DNA of 58,695 nt from an uncultured virus (IMG/VR IMGVR_UViG_3300042863_002246) (lineage: Duplodnaviria; Heunggongvirae; Uroviricota; Caudoviricetes), in the IMG/VR virus record IMGVR_UViG_3300042863_002246; one strand, written 5' to 3'. The number at the start of each line of letters is the position of its first letter. The first letter of the stretch is position 1. The notes under the pieces were generated by a model. That model ran no database searches. It saw only the letters and a program-made list of their open reading frames with translations, and was not told the origin of the DNA. The position numbers were made by a program, and so were the translations under genes. Below, one piece after another: positions 28,684 through 38,280 of the stretch.

Positions 28684-29832
28684 ATGATTGGAGATAGTTT
28701 TAATTTCGAAGATGTCTTTTTTAGAGACCTTACCGTCTGCGTATTAGATACGCTTGAGGGACAAATAAAGTGGACAAATCGATTCACATCAGGTGATGTG
28801 TTTGTTCAGGTTCCTATATACTACTCTCTTACAGGAGATGAAAGGTTCTTATTGGACTCATTTTCAGATGATATTGTTTCCGAAAACAGGTTCATTGAGT
28901 TAAATACTGATTTGATACCAAGAGGTCATCTTACTATGACAAGCTTTAATATAAAGTCTGACGAATTTGCCAATCCAAATGTTTGGCTTAGAATGGTTGT
29001 TGAGAATGATTTTGAAATAAGAAAGGTTCTTGGAAAAGTTAGAGCTATTCCAATAACGGTCAACTACGACTTAGAAATCACACTATCAAGTGAGATTGAT
29101 ACATTCAAATGTAGTCAAGCTATATTAGATACTCTTTGGATTTATAAGTTTATGTACTTCGAGCACAACTTCATGAACATAGATGCTGTTCTTGTTATGC
29201 CAGATTCCAACACAATAGAGATGAGTAGAGATAAGAACTTGACGAGTGATAACAATATCAAATTGAAATGTTCCTTTACCGTTGAGACTTACTATCCGGC
29301 TTTTAGAAGAGATAGAGTAACATCTACTGGATATCCAAGAGAATATGGATCTGGTATGAAAGATGGTAATGGTTTTGCACTTACGGGTGGAGTATCTGAC
29401 TATTTTGAACAACCGAGTCAGGGTGGAACTATAAATACGGGTAGTGTAAATACAAATGAAACTGTTGGTGTTGATCCAAATTCACCAAATGGTGGAGGTG
29501 GTGCTTCAAGACCGGTCTTTCCATCCACAGGACCTGCAGGAACTACTACAGGACCTAATACCGGACCTAATGGTAAACCATGGATAAATGGACCATTTAA
29601 TCCAAACAATCCATTACCTGGATATGGTCAGACTGGTACTTTTAACAATACTGGAGGTAGCACGAACCCTTCGGATCCTTACGGAACTTTTGGTCAAGAC
29701 GGATATGCAATAGAGCCAAAAAGAACAAGATGGTTCAATAATATACTTAGATCTAGAGAGAGAGCGGGTGGTAGTTCGACTGATCCAGTAACCGGACAAC
29801 AGAATGTAACACCTCGTACGCCAAATCAATAA
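28684..29832 (+). CDS. Tail sheath stabiliser / tail terminator (T4 gp15-like) with a G/P/N/T-rich C-terminal extension
   Basis: VPIYY...ERFL...IPRG...IPITVNYDLEI...QAIL; start at the ATG after the late motif. Confidence 0.75.
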   Translation: MIGDSFNFEDVFFRDLTVCVLDTLEGQIKWTNRFTSGDVFVQVPIYYSLTGDERFLLDSFSDDIVSENRFIELNTDLIPRGHLTMTSFNIKSDEFANPNVWLRMVVENDFEIRKVLGKVRAIPITVNYDLEITLSSEIDTFKCSQAILDTLWIYKFMYFEHNFMNIDAVLVMPDSNTIEMSRDKNLTSDNNIKLKCSFTVETYYPAFRRDRVTSTGYPREYGSGMKDGNGFALTGGVSDYFEQPSQGGTINTGSVNTNETVGVDPNSPNGGGGASRPVFPSTGPAGTTTGPNTGPNGKPWINGPFNPNNPLPGYGQTGTFNNTGGSTNPSDPYGTFGQDGYAIEPKRTRWFNNILRSRERAGGSSTDPVTGQQNVTPRTPNQ

Positions 29833-29897
29833 AAATAGAAAAAAATGGCTTTTTGTAGTTAATATATACTCTATACATAAAAAAAATATCAAAAAAT

Positions 29898-31181
29898 ATG
29901 AAGAATCTTAAACTTGAATTGTTTAACTTTAAAAAGAATCTTTCTCTAGAACAAGATGAGATTTCTACGATAGTTGAGGGACACATGAATGCTTGTAATG
30001 AAGCTTCTGAAAAATCCATCGTAATTTCGTTAAACGAAAGACTTAAACCTTATACTTACGATAAAAGCGTTAAATCTCTTTTAGAGGGATTGAATGATGA
30101 CATGAAGAACTTTGAGTTACTTTATGAGTTGAAAAACCTTTATAATGTTCTTAATACTAAAAATAGTGGTGAACTTTATAGACAACCTATCAACGTACTT
30201 TTACAAACTATCAACCTTGAGACTGATCAAGACAGAATGTCTAAAGTTTTGAACGAACTTGCTATTTATGACTGGGTTCCTGAAATCAAATTATTCGTAC
30301 ATAACTTAACAAAATCACCTGAGCAAAGAACAAACTTATTAAGTGGTGGTAAAGGTGAATCTATCTTTACAATCGTTGAGTCTGTTGAAGATGGACACAT
30401 TGCTTTGGTTAGAGATTCTTGGTTTCTTTTAAGTGAAAACGTAATCGAAAAAACATTGGTTGAAAACCACGTTAAAGACGAAGAGTCTTTAAAATCATTG
30501 AGAATGTTAGAAACTGCAATGAAATATGCTTCTGTAACAGAAGATAGAGTTAACTTCAGAATTTCTGAATATTTAACAATCGGATTATCTGTTGCTAAAA
30601 AAGGTAAAGTATTCATCAATGATGATGAAATGAATGACGAAACTACATTAGAAAGTTTATTTAACTCTCCAATCGTTCCAATCGTTAACAAAAACTTTTA
30701 TCCAATCTTACTTGAGGTTTCTAAAAACTTAGATAAGTTTGTTGAGTTAGACGTAGTTAAAAGAGTAAACAACTTGATTAATCCATTTTTAGAGTGTTTT
30801 GCATTCAACTATAAAAAAGCTACTTTCTTATACAGATGTGACGAAAGATATGGTAACTCATTCTTCAAATACGAATCTGCTTTAGAGTTAGTAAACGAGG
30901 TAAGAAACGAGCTTAACTATGACTTGACTTACTTCTTCGAAAATAAATTAGGAAAAGAATTAGTTGTTAAAAGAAAGTTAGAAGACAAAGAAAGAGAAAT
31001 CACACTTAAATTAGAAGACGTTAGTTTCAACATTGAAAAACTTAAAGGATCTATGAAGATGATTGGAGAATCTGAAGTATTGACAACGGCACTTAAAAAC
31101 TTAGAAAAAAGAAAAACGGTTTTAGACGCAGAATTATATGGTGTTAAAGAAGTACAGTATAAAGAAAGATTAAGATCTTAA
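29898..31181 (+). CDS. Hypothetical 427-aa late protein with a C-terminal coiled coil
   Basis: Late motif at 29860, its own terminator, and several LNE/VNE motifs. Confidence 0.7.
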   Translation: MKNLKLELFNFKKNLSLEQDEISTIVEGHMNACNEASEKSIVISLNERLKPYTYDKSVKSLLEGLNDDMKNFELLYELKNLYNVLNTKNSGELYRQPINVLLQTINLETDQDRMSKVLNELAIYDWVPEIKLFVHNLTKSPEQRTNLLSGGKGESIFTIVESVEDGHIALVRDSWFLLSENVIEKTLVENHVKDEESLKSLRMLETAMKYASVTEDRVNFRISEYLTIGLSVAKKGKVFINDDEMNDETTLESLFNSPIVPIVNKNFYPILLEVSKNLDKFVELDVVKRVNNLINPFLECFAFNYKKATFLYRCDERYGNSFFKYESALELVNEVRNELNYDLTYFFENKLGKELVVKRKLEDKEREITLKLEDVSFNIEKLKGSMKMIGESEVLTTALKNLEKRKTVLDAELYGVKEVQYKERLRS

Positions 31182-31203
31182 TATTTATTTATTGATAATT
31201 TTT

Positions 31204-31229
31204 AAAAATCCCCTTTATGGGGATTTTTT
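31204..31229 (+). terminator. Intrinsic terminator
   Basis: AAAAATCCCC-TTTAT-GGGGATTTTTT. Confidence 0.8.
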
Positions 31230-31313
31230 GTTTTATAAACTTTTTCATGTTCGATGTCTATAACATGAAAGCATGAAAATCCTTTATGGATACCAAAAAA
31301 TAAATGCTTATTA

Positions 31314-31679
31314 ATGTACTTAAATAATAGAGAACTTTACATAGAATTAGTAGTCAGCAAAGCACAGGGAAGACTTACAAGGCCCGCTCAAAAAATGCTA
31401 GAGCTTTTAGCAAAGAAAACAATCAAAAAAATGAGATATTGGTCGAATGACGACAAGATGGACTGTTACCAAAGTGGACTTCTATATGTATTTCAAAACT
31501 GGTATAACTTCAACGAAGAGAAATCAGTAAATGCCTTCGCTTATTTCACCGAAATCTTTAAAAGGGGAATAGCCAAAGGATATAACGATCTTTATAAAAA
31601 GAAAGGTGACAACGAACATCAAATAAGACTTATTTCCATAGAAGGATCTAATGACGGAATGGGTCTACACTCTTTATAG
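31314..31679 (+). CDS. Late-transcription sigma factor (T4 gp55-like)
   Basis: YLNNREL...WYNFNEEKSVNAFAYFTEI matches the gp55 pattern YVNNKE...NFD.EKS.NPFAYFTQI. Confidence 0.88.
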   Translation: MYLNNRELYIELVVSKAQGRLTRPAQKMLELLAKKTIKKMRYWSNDDKMDCYQSGLLYVFQNWYNFNEEKSVNAFAYFTEIFKRGIAKGYNDLYKKKGDNEHQIRLISIEGSNDGMGLHSL

Positions 31680-31829
31680 ATGATATCAACAACAAAAATA
31701 TTTACATACGACATAGTCGCCGCTCCTAGTTTTGGAATGGCTACTATGTCTTTTAATATGACTATAAATCCTTCGAGGAGAACTCTTAGAAGAAGCAAGA
31801 TCAAGAAGGTATTTCTACAATCTTTATAG
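31680..31829 (+). CDS. 49-aa micro-ORF resembling the catalytic-Asp segment of the phage prohead protease
   Basis: Manual translation: MISTTKIFTYDIVAAPSFGMATMSFNMTINPSRRTLRRSKIKKVFLQSL. The ATG directly follows the gp55 stop. Below the ORF-track length cutoff. Confidence 0.65.
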   Translation: MISTTKIFTYDIVAAPSFGMATMSFNMTINPSRRTLRRSKIKKVFLQSL

Positions 31830-32001
31830 TTATCTCTATCTCTACATTCTTATCTTTGAATTCTGCTAATTTTGCGTCAACAAAATCTGATGGATTGTGA
31901 AGGCTCACATGATTTTTCTTAATACGGGTTTCAATACCAAAATTGTCTTTTGCTTCAAATACTCGTCCTTGGTATTTTTCTGTGTTGCTTGATGAAATCA
32001 T
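31801..32001 (-). CDS. Small hypothetical protein
   Basis: Part of ORF 31801-32046; likely start MISSSN. Confidence 0.45.
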   Translation of the reverse strand: MISSSNTEKYQGRVFEAKDNFGIETRIKKNHVSLHNPSDFVDAKLAEFKDKNVEIEITIKIVEIPS

Positions 32002-32063
32002 AATATCTATTTTTATGCTAATATATGTATTATTTATTACATCCACAAATTTATATATACTAT

Positions 32064-32747
32064 ATGGAGAGAATAGATAGATTTAATGTATTTGAGGCCA
32101 AAATTGTTCCTTTGAACAGAATGCCCAGAAGTAGCCGAAAACCAGAGAGATCCGGAAGATCCGGAAGATTACTTACTGATGAACAAAAATACTATGATGA
32201 AAACCAAATAGAAGATACAAGTGGTCCAAAACCCGCTATGTTATTTACAGATGTTGTAGGATCTTCTAAAATGTGGTCCGACGATCCACAAACTATGAGC
32301 ATACAACTCGATAAACATTTTAAGATTATGGATAATCTTGCTAGAAAGTATGGTGGTTTTGTGGTTAAAACAATCGGTGACGCCTTTATGGTATATTTTC
32401 CAAAAAACGAAAAGTCATTAGAAAATGCTGTTGATTTTGCGGTAGAGGTAATCAAAATTGAAGAGCTTCCACTTAGAATAGGAATATGCTCTGGTAATAT
32501 GACTGCCAAAAAATGTAGAATACAGAATGTTGAGCTTGTAGACTTTTTTGGAGATGTTGTGAACACTGCATCAAGAATGGAGTCCAAAGTTGCAGAGCAG
32601 GGTGGTATTGCATTTACCTCTGTTGATAATATTGATAATCAAATGGAGTCTATTTCAAAAAAATACAAATTGGTTAAGATAACTGGTAAAGGTATTCCAG
32701 ATTTAAAAGGTGTGAAAGTCGAATTTGCTTATAAGTTAAAAGTATAA
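32064..32747 (+). CDS. Class III adenylate/guanylate cyclase
   Basis: LFTDVVGSS, VKTIGDAFM, LRIGI, DFFGDVVNTASRME; the Lys and Asp specificity residues suggest ATP. Confidence 0.92.
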   Translation: MERIDRFNVFEAKIVPLNRMPRSSRKPERSGRSGRLLTDEQKYYDENQIEDTSGPKPAMLFTDVVGSSKMWSDDPQTMSIQLDKHFKIMDNLARKYGGFVVKTIGDAFMVYFPKNEKSLENAVDFAVEVIKIEELPLRIGICSGNMTAKKCRIQNVELVDFFGDVVNTASRMESKVAEQGGIAFTSVDNIDNQMESISKKYKLVKITGKGIPDLKGVKVEFAYKLKV

Positions 32748-32775
32748 AAAAACCCACTCAAATGAGTGGGTTTTT
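32746..32775. terminator. Bidirectional terminator
   Basis: AAAAACCCACTCA-AA-TGAGTGGGTTTTT. Confidence 0.8.
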
Positions 32776-32779
32776 AGTT

Positions 32780-33853
32780 TTAGTTTTCTTCCAAAACTTC
32801 TTCGTCTTGTAGAATAGTTCTTACCATTCTATCAACTATTAAATATGGATCTCCGTTAGATGCTGGTCTTCTATCTTCGATATAACCAATCGCATTTGGA
32901 TCGTTTATCGTAGAAGGAATTCTAATAGATTTAGTTCTATCTCCAATACCCCATCCAAAGTCTTTGATAGACGATGTTTCGTTCGCACCGGTTAGTCTTT
33001 CGTCATTGTTCTCTCCATATACCGCTATATGTTCTGCATGAGTCTTCTCAAGCTTCTTACACATTTCGATTGCAATCTCTTTTTTGTTTACTTTGTCTTC
33101 TCTAATATTTTTTGTCGAAAAGTTTACATGCATACCTGAACCATTCCAATCATTTCCTTTAAATGGTTTTGGATCTAATTCGATTCTATAATCAAACTCT
33201 TCACTCAATCTATGTAAAATGTATCTTGAAATCCATAGTTGATCCGCACCGTCTTCTGCAAATACAGTTCCTACTTGATATTCCCATTGTCCTAAAGCAA
33301 CTTCTGCATTTGTTCCGGATATAGAGATTCCTGCATTAAGACAAAGGTCTGTATGTGCTTCTACAAACTCTCTTCCTACTACATTGTTAGCACCAACTGA
33401 ACAATAGTATTCACCTTGTTCTCTTGGCTCATCTTCTGTTGGCCATCCTAATGGTCTATTTGTTTTGTTATCAAAGATAAAATACTCTTGTTCCCATCCA
33501 TACATAGTTTCATCGTCATATTTTTTTAACGATTCGGTCATTTTAACTCTTGTATTACTTTCGTGTGGAGTACCATCAATATTATAAACCTCACAAAGAA
33601 CTAAAATAGAGTTTGTTGTAAATGGATTATGAAAATAGTTTTTAGGAACTAATAGTAATTCTGATTTAGATGTTTCTGCTTGGTATGTTGAAGATCCATC
33701 AAAGTTCCATACTGGTGCTTTTCTCAAACCATTTTTGTATGAATCTAAAATATTTGTTTCATCTTCGATGTGTTTCAGATTTACGACTTTTGTTTTTGTA
33801 CGTATTTGTTGTGTTTTGGCACCATCCAACCAAATATATTCTAACTTTTGCAT
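32780..33853 (-). CDS. glnII: Glutamine synthetase, type II-like
   Basis: LEYIWLDG, WNFDGSSTYQA, EQEY, NAEVALGQWEYQV, DWNGSGMHVNFS, RLTGANET, SIRIP, YIEDRRPASNGDPY. Confidence 0.93.
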   Translation of the reverse strand: MQKLEYIWLDGAKTQQIRTKTKVVNLKHIEDETNILDSYKNGLRKAPVWNFDGSSTYQAETSKSELLLVPKNYFHNPFTTNSILVLCEVYNIDGTPHESNTRVKMTESLKKYDDETMYGWEQEYFIFDNKTNRPLGWPTEDEPREQGEYYCSVGANNVVGREFVEAHTDLCLNAGISISGTNAEVALGQWEYQVGTVFAEDGADQLWISRYILHRLSEEFDYRIELDPKPFKGNDWNGSGMHVNFSTKNIREDKVNKKEIAIEMCKKLEKTHAEHIAVYGENNDERLTGANETSSIKDFGWGIGDRTKSIRIPSTINDPNAIGYIEDRRPASNGDPYLIVDRMVRTILQDEEVLEEN

Positions 33854-34009
33854 AATGTGTATGTTTTTTCTTATATTTATTAAAAAAAAGCTGTTCCGTT
33901 TTGCACATGGCCCCTATTTTTTAGGGCCATGTTGAAAAAAAATGTATTTTTATTTAAAATAAACTTTTACTATATTTGAATATAAAATCTATAACTATTT
34001 TTTAATATT

Positions 34010-34312
34010 ATGAACAAGGTTATTTTACAGATTTGGGAAGAATCAGAGAGAGGCTGGGGAACACGACCAGATGGTTGCTCTATGCACATAGACTTAAAAG
34101 AAAGAGAAAACTACATACAGACTATCTATGATAGTAGAAAGTCTGATGAATCTATACCTAATGAGTATGATAGGATTGTTGGTGAAGGTGTTGAAGCATT
34201 CATCGAAGATGCACTTTTCAAACTTGTGGAAAAAGACAAATCTGTTAGACTTACTCAATACCAGATGAACAATCTTATGGGTATGGAAGAAATAACAATA
34301 AAAGAAGCATGA
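34010..34312 (+). CDS. Hypothetical conserved phage protein (WEESERGWGxRPDG)
   Basis: ORF preceded by TATATTTG at 33971-33978. Confidence 0.65.
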   Translation: MNKVILQIWEESERGWGTRPDGCSMHIDLKERENYIQTIYDSRKSDESIPNEYDRIVGEGVEAFIEDALFKLVEKDKSVRLTQYQMNNLMGMEEITIKEA

Positions 34313-34656
34313 TTACAGGATTTTACGCGATGTTATTCGCATTTATATTTTCGGAAATATACCATTTTTTCAACAAAAAAAGACTTGATTTAATTTTCAA
34401 GAACAAAGACACTAAAACTATAAGAAAGGTTGACATTGTTTTTTACATGTCAAAACTTTTATCTATATTTTGGCCGATTGTGGGATTGTTTTCCAGTTTT
34501 AGTCATCTATTCCTATTGATAATAGTGATGAATCTAATGAAGTTTGTTTTTTATCATTTAAACGACCACATATATAAAGTATATATTAGTGCTCTTCCTT
34601 GGATGAACGTTGTAGTTTATATAACGATATTATCTTTTAAATTCTTTATACACTAA
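34309..34656 (+). CDS. Small membrane protein (3-4 TM)
   Basis: Several hydrophobic segments; ATGA overlap with the upstream gene. Confidence 0.65.
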   Translation: MITGFYAMLFAFIFSEIYHFFNKKRLDLIFKNKDTKTIRKVDIVFYMSKLLSIFWPIVGLFSSFSHLFLLIIVMNLMKFVFYHLNDHIYKVYISALPWMNVVVYITILSFKFFIH

Positions 34657-35173
34657 AGTTTTTAAGATTTTCTTCAGTTATTATAATGAAAGAAAATCCT
34701 TTTTTGTTACACCAGTTTATCATAGTCTCCCATTTTTGTTTGTTCTTATAAGCCATCTTTAGATCATACTCAAAACTTTTAAGTTTCTTCATTCCTTTTT
34801 CAGGAACTGTAAGTTTACCTTCTGTTAAAGCGATTACCATTTTGTATTCTTTCATAGGCTTAACCTCAACCACTACTTCTTTTAAAACGCCGTCTGCACC
34901 TCTCATTCTATAAAAGAAGTCTGGATAGTATCTATGTGCTTTTATACGTGTATCTCCATTTTCAAAGTGTGTCATCTGATAAGGTATTTCTAAACATTCT
35001 GCACCCCATTGAAATATCTCTTCTTTTAAATCAAGCCATACCATTATCTTCTGTTCCCAAGAACTTCTATAATATACACCACCCTGTGTGTTTAACTTTA
35101 AAACCTTGTCTTTATTGGTTGGTATGAAGTTTCCACCGTGATATCTACTATTGTTAGGTTTAGAATTTATCAT
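34646..35173 (-). CDS. Head completion nuclease (T4 gp4-like, TnsA-type fold)
   Basis: YRSSWE, W.AE...IPY, HRYYPDF, VEVKP, NKQKWE, FIIITE. Confidence 0.9.
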   Translation of the reverse strand: MINSKPNNSRYHGGNFIPTNKDKVLKLNTQGGVYYRSSWEQKIMVWLDLKEEIFQWGAECLEIPYQMTHFENGDTRIKAHRYYPDFFYRMRGADGVLKEVVVEVKPMKEYKMVIALTEGKLTVPEKGMKKLKSFEYDLKMAYKNKQKWETMINWCNKKGFSFIIITEENLKNFSV

Positions 35174-35218
35174 GTATTTGATTCTTTTTATTTATATATA
35201 AAAGAAAAAACTTTACAT

Positions 35219-35914
35219 ATGAGTCCATTAGAAGGAAGAGTTCGATTGAGTCTATTGGTTTATGGTAATAGTATAGAAGATAACTTTAAAAACAATTCTT
35301 TTTTCTTTGCCGAAAAATATTCCAAAAGTGATGAAATGGTCACTGCAAAACGTACAGAAGACATACAGATTGGTGGTTTTTACTTTCTACATTACCTTGA
35401 TGACTCCAACTGGATGAAGTATTCTCCAGTATTTGTAGTGGAACAAAAGAATTTTGGAAATCAAATCATATTATTTGCAGTAAACTTAAACTTTATACCT
35501 CTTCAGATAAGAGCTCTTATATTCGACCAATATATAGCCGAAAATTATTTTGAAAATGATACTTTTTTGAAAGTAGACTATGTCGGTATGTATAAAGAGC
35601 TTGTCAAGTTTGGATTCGAATATGCTCTAATGGAGTATAATGTTATTCAGATAAAGAAAGTTCATAAGATTCACATGGAAATACTTCCGCGTTTCTTCTT
35701 TTCACAGCACCCTAAGGCAACGTATGATCCAAAGAAACTGATGGATATATGGCATAAAAAACTCGAAACAAAATCTGCCAGAAATCAAGAGATGATGAAG
35801 TCTATGGTAGATGAATTCTATGATATAAACAACGAAATATCAGAGAAGTATAAGGTTATGAAAGGTCATATAGAAAGAATTCAAAAAAGCTTAAAAAAAT
35901 ATGGTGGAAAGTAA
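35219..35914 (+). CDS. DNA end-protector protein (T4 gp2-like)
   Basis: GGFYFLHY...YSPVFVV...AVNLNFIPLQIR; divergent from gp4-like. Confidence 0.65.
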   Translation: MSPLEGRVRLSLLVYGNSIEDNFKNNSFFFAEKYSKSDEMVTAKRTEDIQIGGFYFLHYLDDSNWMKYSPVFVVEQKNFGNQIILFAVNLNFIPLQIRALIFDQYIAENYFENDTFLKVDYVGMYKELVKFGFEYALMEYNVIQIKKVHKIHMEILPRFFFSQHPKATYDPKKLMDIWHKKLETKSARNQEMMKSMVDEFYDINNEISEKYKVMKGHIERIQKSLKKYGGK

Positions 35915-35964
35915 AAAATGAGTATCTTTGTAGAGTAAATAAAAACAAAAAAAACTCTCTCTCT

Positions 35965-36414
35965 ATGAATTACTCAACTTACATTTCTGCAGCAGAAAAG
36001 CTATCAACTTTTGGTCAAAAACAAAAAGCATTGGCTCTTATTAACCATGCCAACGATTTGGAAAGAAAAAAAATAAACGAACTAAAATTCAATATTTTAG
36101 TTGGTGAAGTAAGACCTTTTAAAGATGCAAAGTTTCACTCCGTACAGGTTATAAGAGAAAGAGAAGCAAACACAATCATGTGTATCTTCCAATCTGATAT
36201 GGTTAATACTCACAGAATCAACGCAAAGATAAAACCGGGTGGTGAGGTTCAGTGGTCTGATGGTAATCTATTCATGGATAGACAATCTGTTAAGTCTTAT
36301 CAAAGACTATTAGACTATCTAACTAACTATCAAAGTGAAGTTCAGAAACTTCTTGGAGAAATTGAGATAAAGCGAGACGATATTAAGGTCGTAAATCGAA
36401 GCTTTTATATTTAA
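35965..36414 (+). CDS. Hypothetical probable early protein
   Basis: TATCTTTG at 35923-35930 upstream; its own terminator at 36418-36445. Confidence 0.65.
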   Translation: MNYSTYISAAEKLSTFGQKQKALALINHANDLERKKINELKFNILVGEVRPFKDAKFHSVQVIREREANTIMCIFQSDMVNTHRINAKIKPGGEVQWSDGNLFMDRQSVKSYQRLLDYLTNYQSEVQKLLGEIEIKRDDIKVVNRSFYI

Positions 36415-36519
36415 AAATAAAGGGTAGTTTTTGCTACCCTTTTTTGTTTTCCTATACCACCACTCTTAAAAGAGGTACGTCATATTTTATATATACCTTA
36501 AAATTTTAAATAAATTTTA

Positions 36520-38232
36520 ATGGCATCGTATAACTATAACAACAATCAAGAAGGACAGGGCATGGGCTTTGTAAATTCTGCAGTAGAGAATAAAGGTCTT
36601 TTTAGTAGAATACTTAGAACTCTTTCAAACTACGGAATGAACTATGACGATATGATAATTCGAAACCAAGTAGGTATTGGTATAAACGAAGATCCATATG
36701 CAGCCAAAGGAAACTCTATGTACGACTTCTTTTCACAAAGAGCTGTTGCATCGGTTTTAAATAGAAAGTCTATTCCTTACTTAGATAAGGCTTATGCTGA
36801 CAAAAGAAGGATTCTTAGAGAATATTCTATCAAAGACGAAATTCGTGATATGATTAGTGCCGTTGCGGATGAATGTATCGTTTACAATGATGATAGAGAC
36901 TTCTGTTCTCCTAGAGCAATATCAAACGATTATTCTCAAGAAATAAAAGACAAATACCAAGAGTATTTTGAGAAAATCTATAATAAATATGGATTTTCAG
37001 ATAGTATCACTGCTTGGAATATGATAAAAGACTTTCTTATTGATGGTTATGTTGCAGTAGAGATTGTTTATGATGATAAAAAGAAGAATATCATTGCATT
37101 CAACAGACTTAGACCTGAAAGTTTAGTTCCTGCATATGAACCAAATGTAGGACATTTATGGATTCAGTTTCCTGAAGATCCTCAGCTTAGAAGAATATTT
37201 TTGGATTCACAGATTGTATTCATTTCTTATTCTACACAAAATGATTATTCAGAGACTTCTTATATTGAAGGACTTATTAAACCATATAACCAGTTAAAGA
37301 TTCTTGAACAAACTAGAATCATGTTCAACGTAATCAATGCAACTATTTATCAAAAGTTTACTATTCCAATTAAAGGTCTTTCTAGACAAAGAGCGGAAGA
37401 ACAGATTGGTCAGTTGATACATGACTACTCTGAGGAAGTTGAATGGGATGACACACTTGGTACACTTACCTTGAATGGATCTAAACATCTTCCTTATAAC
37501 AAACAAGTTTGGTTTCCTGATGGTGATGCAGGTACTCCTAATATGACATTAGAATCTCCACAAGGACATGACTTAAATGAAGAATCAATGCTTAAGTGGT
37601 TCCACCAGGCACTTAAAAGAGCTAGTAAAATTCCATTGACACGTTTCGAAGGAGAAGGTGGTGGTGGTAATCTAATATCAGATGCTGCTGAGATGACAAG
37701 AGATGAGATTAAGTTCCATAACTTTATATCTAGAATACGAGCAAACTTTAAAGAACTTATAGTTAAACCACTTAAACTACAGATGCTTATCGAGTTTCCT
37801 GAGTTGAAAGAAGATGAGATTGTTCTTAATCAAATGGATATAATCTTCTACACTAATCAAATATTTGAAGAGTGGAAAAAGATAAACAATTTGTCTAAAA
37901 AGGCGGAAGCACTTGGAACTCTTACTGCAGTAATGAATGGTGAGAAACCTTACTTCCATATCGAATGGTTGATGGATAATGTCTTCAAACTTACTCCTGA
38001 AGAGAAAGCGGAAAACCAAAAATACTGGGCAAAAGAGGCTGCTGGTGCCGGTGCTGGACCTGCGGGTGCTGCTGGTGCCGAAGGTGGTGCCCCTGCACAA
38101 GGTGGTGAAGGTGGTGAAGCTCCTGCTGAAGGTGGACAAGCAGCCGCTGAAGCTCCTGCACAGGGTGGACAAGCAGCTCCTGAAGCTCCTGCCGAAGGTG
38201 GTGCCGAAGGTGGTGCAGAATTTGAATTCTAA
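36520..38232 (+). CDS. Portal protein (T4 gp20-like) with an A/G/E/P-rich C-terminal tail
   Basis: FLIDGY, KPYNQLKILE, ASKIPLTRF, EMTRDEIKFHNFISRIR..F. Confidence 0.95.
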   Translation: MASYNYNNNQEGQGMGFVNSAVENKGLFSRILRTLSNYGMNYDDMIIRNQVGIGINEDPYAAKGNSMYDFFSQRAVASVLNRKSIPYLDKAYADKRRILREYSIKDEIRDMISAVADECIVYNDDRDFCSPRAISNDYSQEIKDKYQEYFEKIYNKYGFSDSITAWNMIKDFLIDGYVAVEIVYDDKKKNIIAFNRLRPESLVPAYEPNVGHLWIQFPEDPQLRRIFLDSQIVFISYSTQNDYSETSYIEGLIKPYNQLKILEQTRIMFNVINATIYQKFTIPIKGLSRQRAEEQIGQLIHDYSEEVEWDDTLGTLTLNGSKHLPYNKQVWFPDGDAGTPNMTLESPQGHDLNEESMLKWFHQALKRASKIPLTRFEGEGGGGNLISDAAEMTRDEIKFHNFISRIRANFKELIVKPLKLQMLIEFPELKEDEIVLNQMDIIFYTNQIFEEWKKINNLSKKAEALGTLTAVMNGEKPYFHIEWLMDNVFKLTPEEKAENQKYWAKEAAGAGAGPAGAAGAEGGAPAQGGEGGEAPAEGGQAAAEAPAQGGQAAPEAPAEGGAEGGAEFEF

Positions 38233-38247
38233 AAACATATCAGATAT

Positions 38248-38278
38248 AAAAAAAGCCACTCATTTGAGTGGCTTTTTT
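38248..38278. terminator. Bidirectional terminator
   Basis: AAAAAGCCACTCA-TT-TGAGTGGCTTTTT. Confidence 0.8.
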
Positions 38279-38280
38279 AT

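Noticed and set aside
27659..33853. Eukaryotic virus or cellular origin suggested by the RFC-like, GSII and TATA-like motifs
   Set aside because: T4-like portal, terminase, sheath and gp55, bacterial terminators and a tmRNA indicate a bacteriophage
34646..35173. TnsA transposase / Tn7-like element
   Set aside because: Same fold as T4 gp4; sits beside gp2 and portal, with no other tns genes or transposon ends
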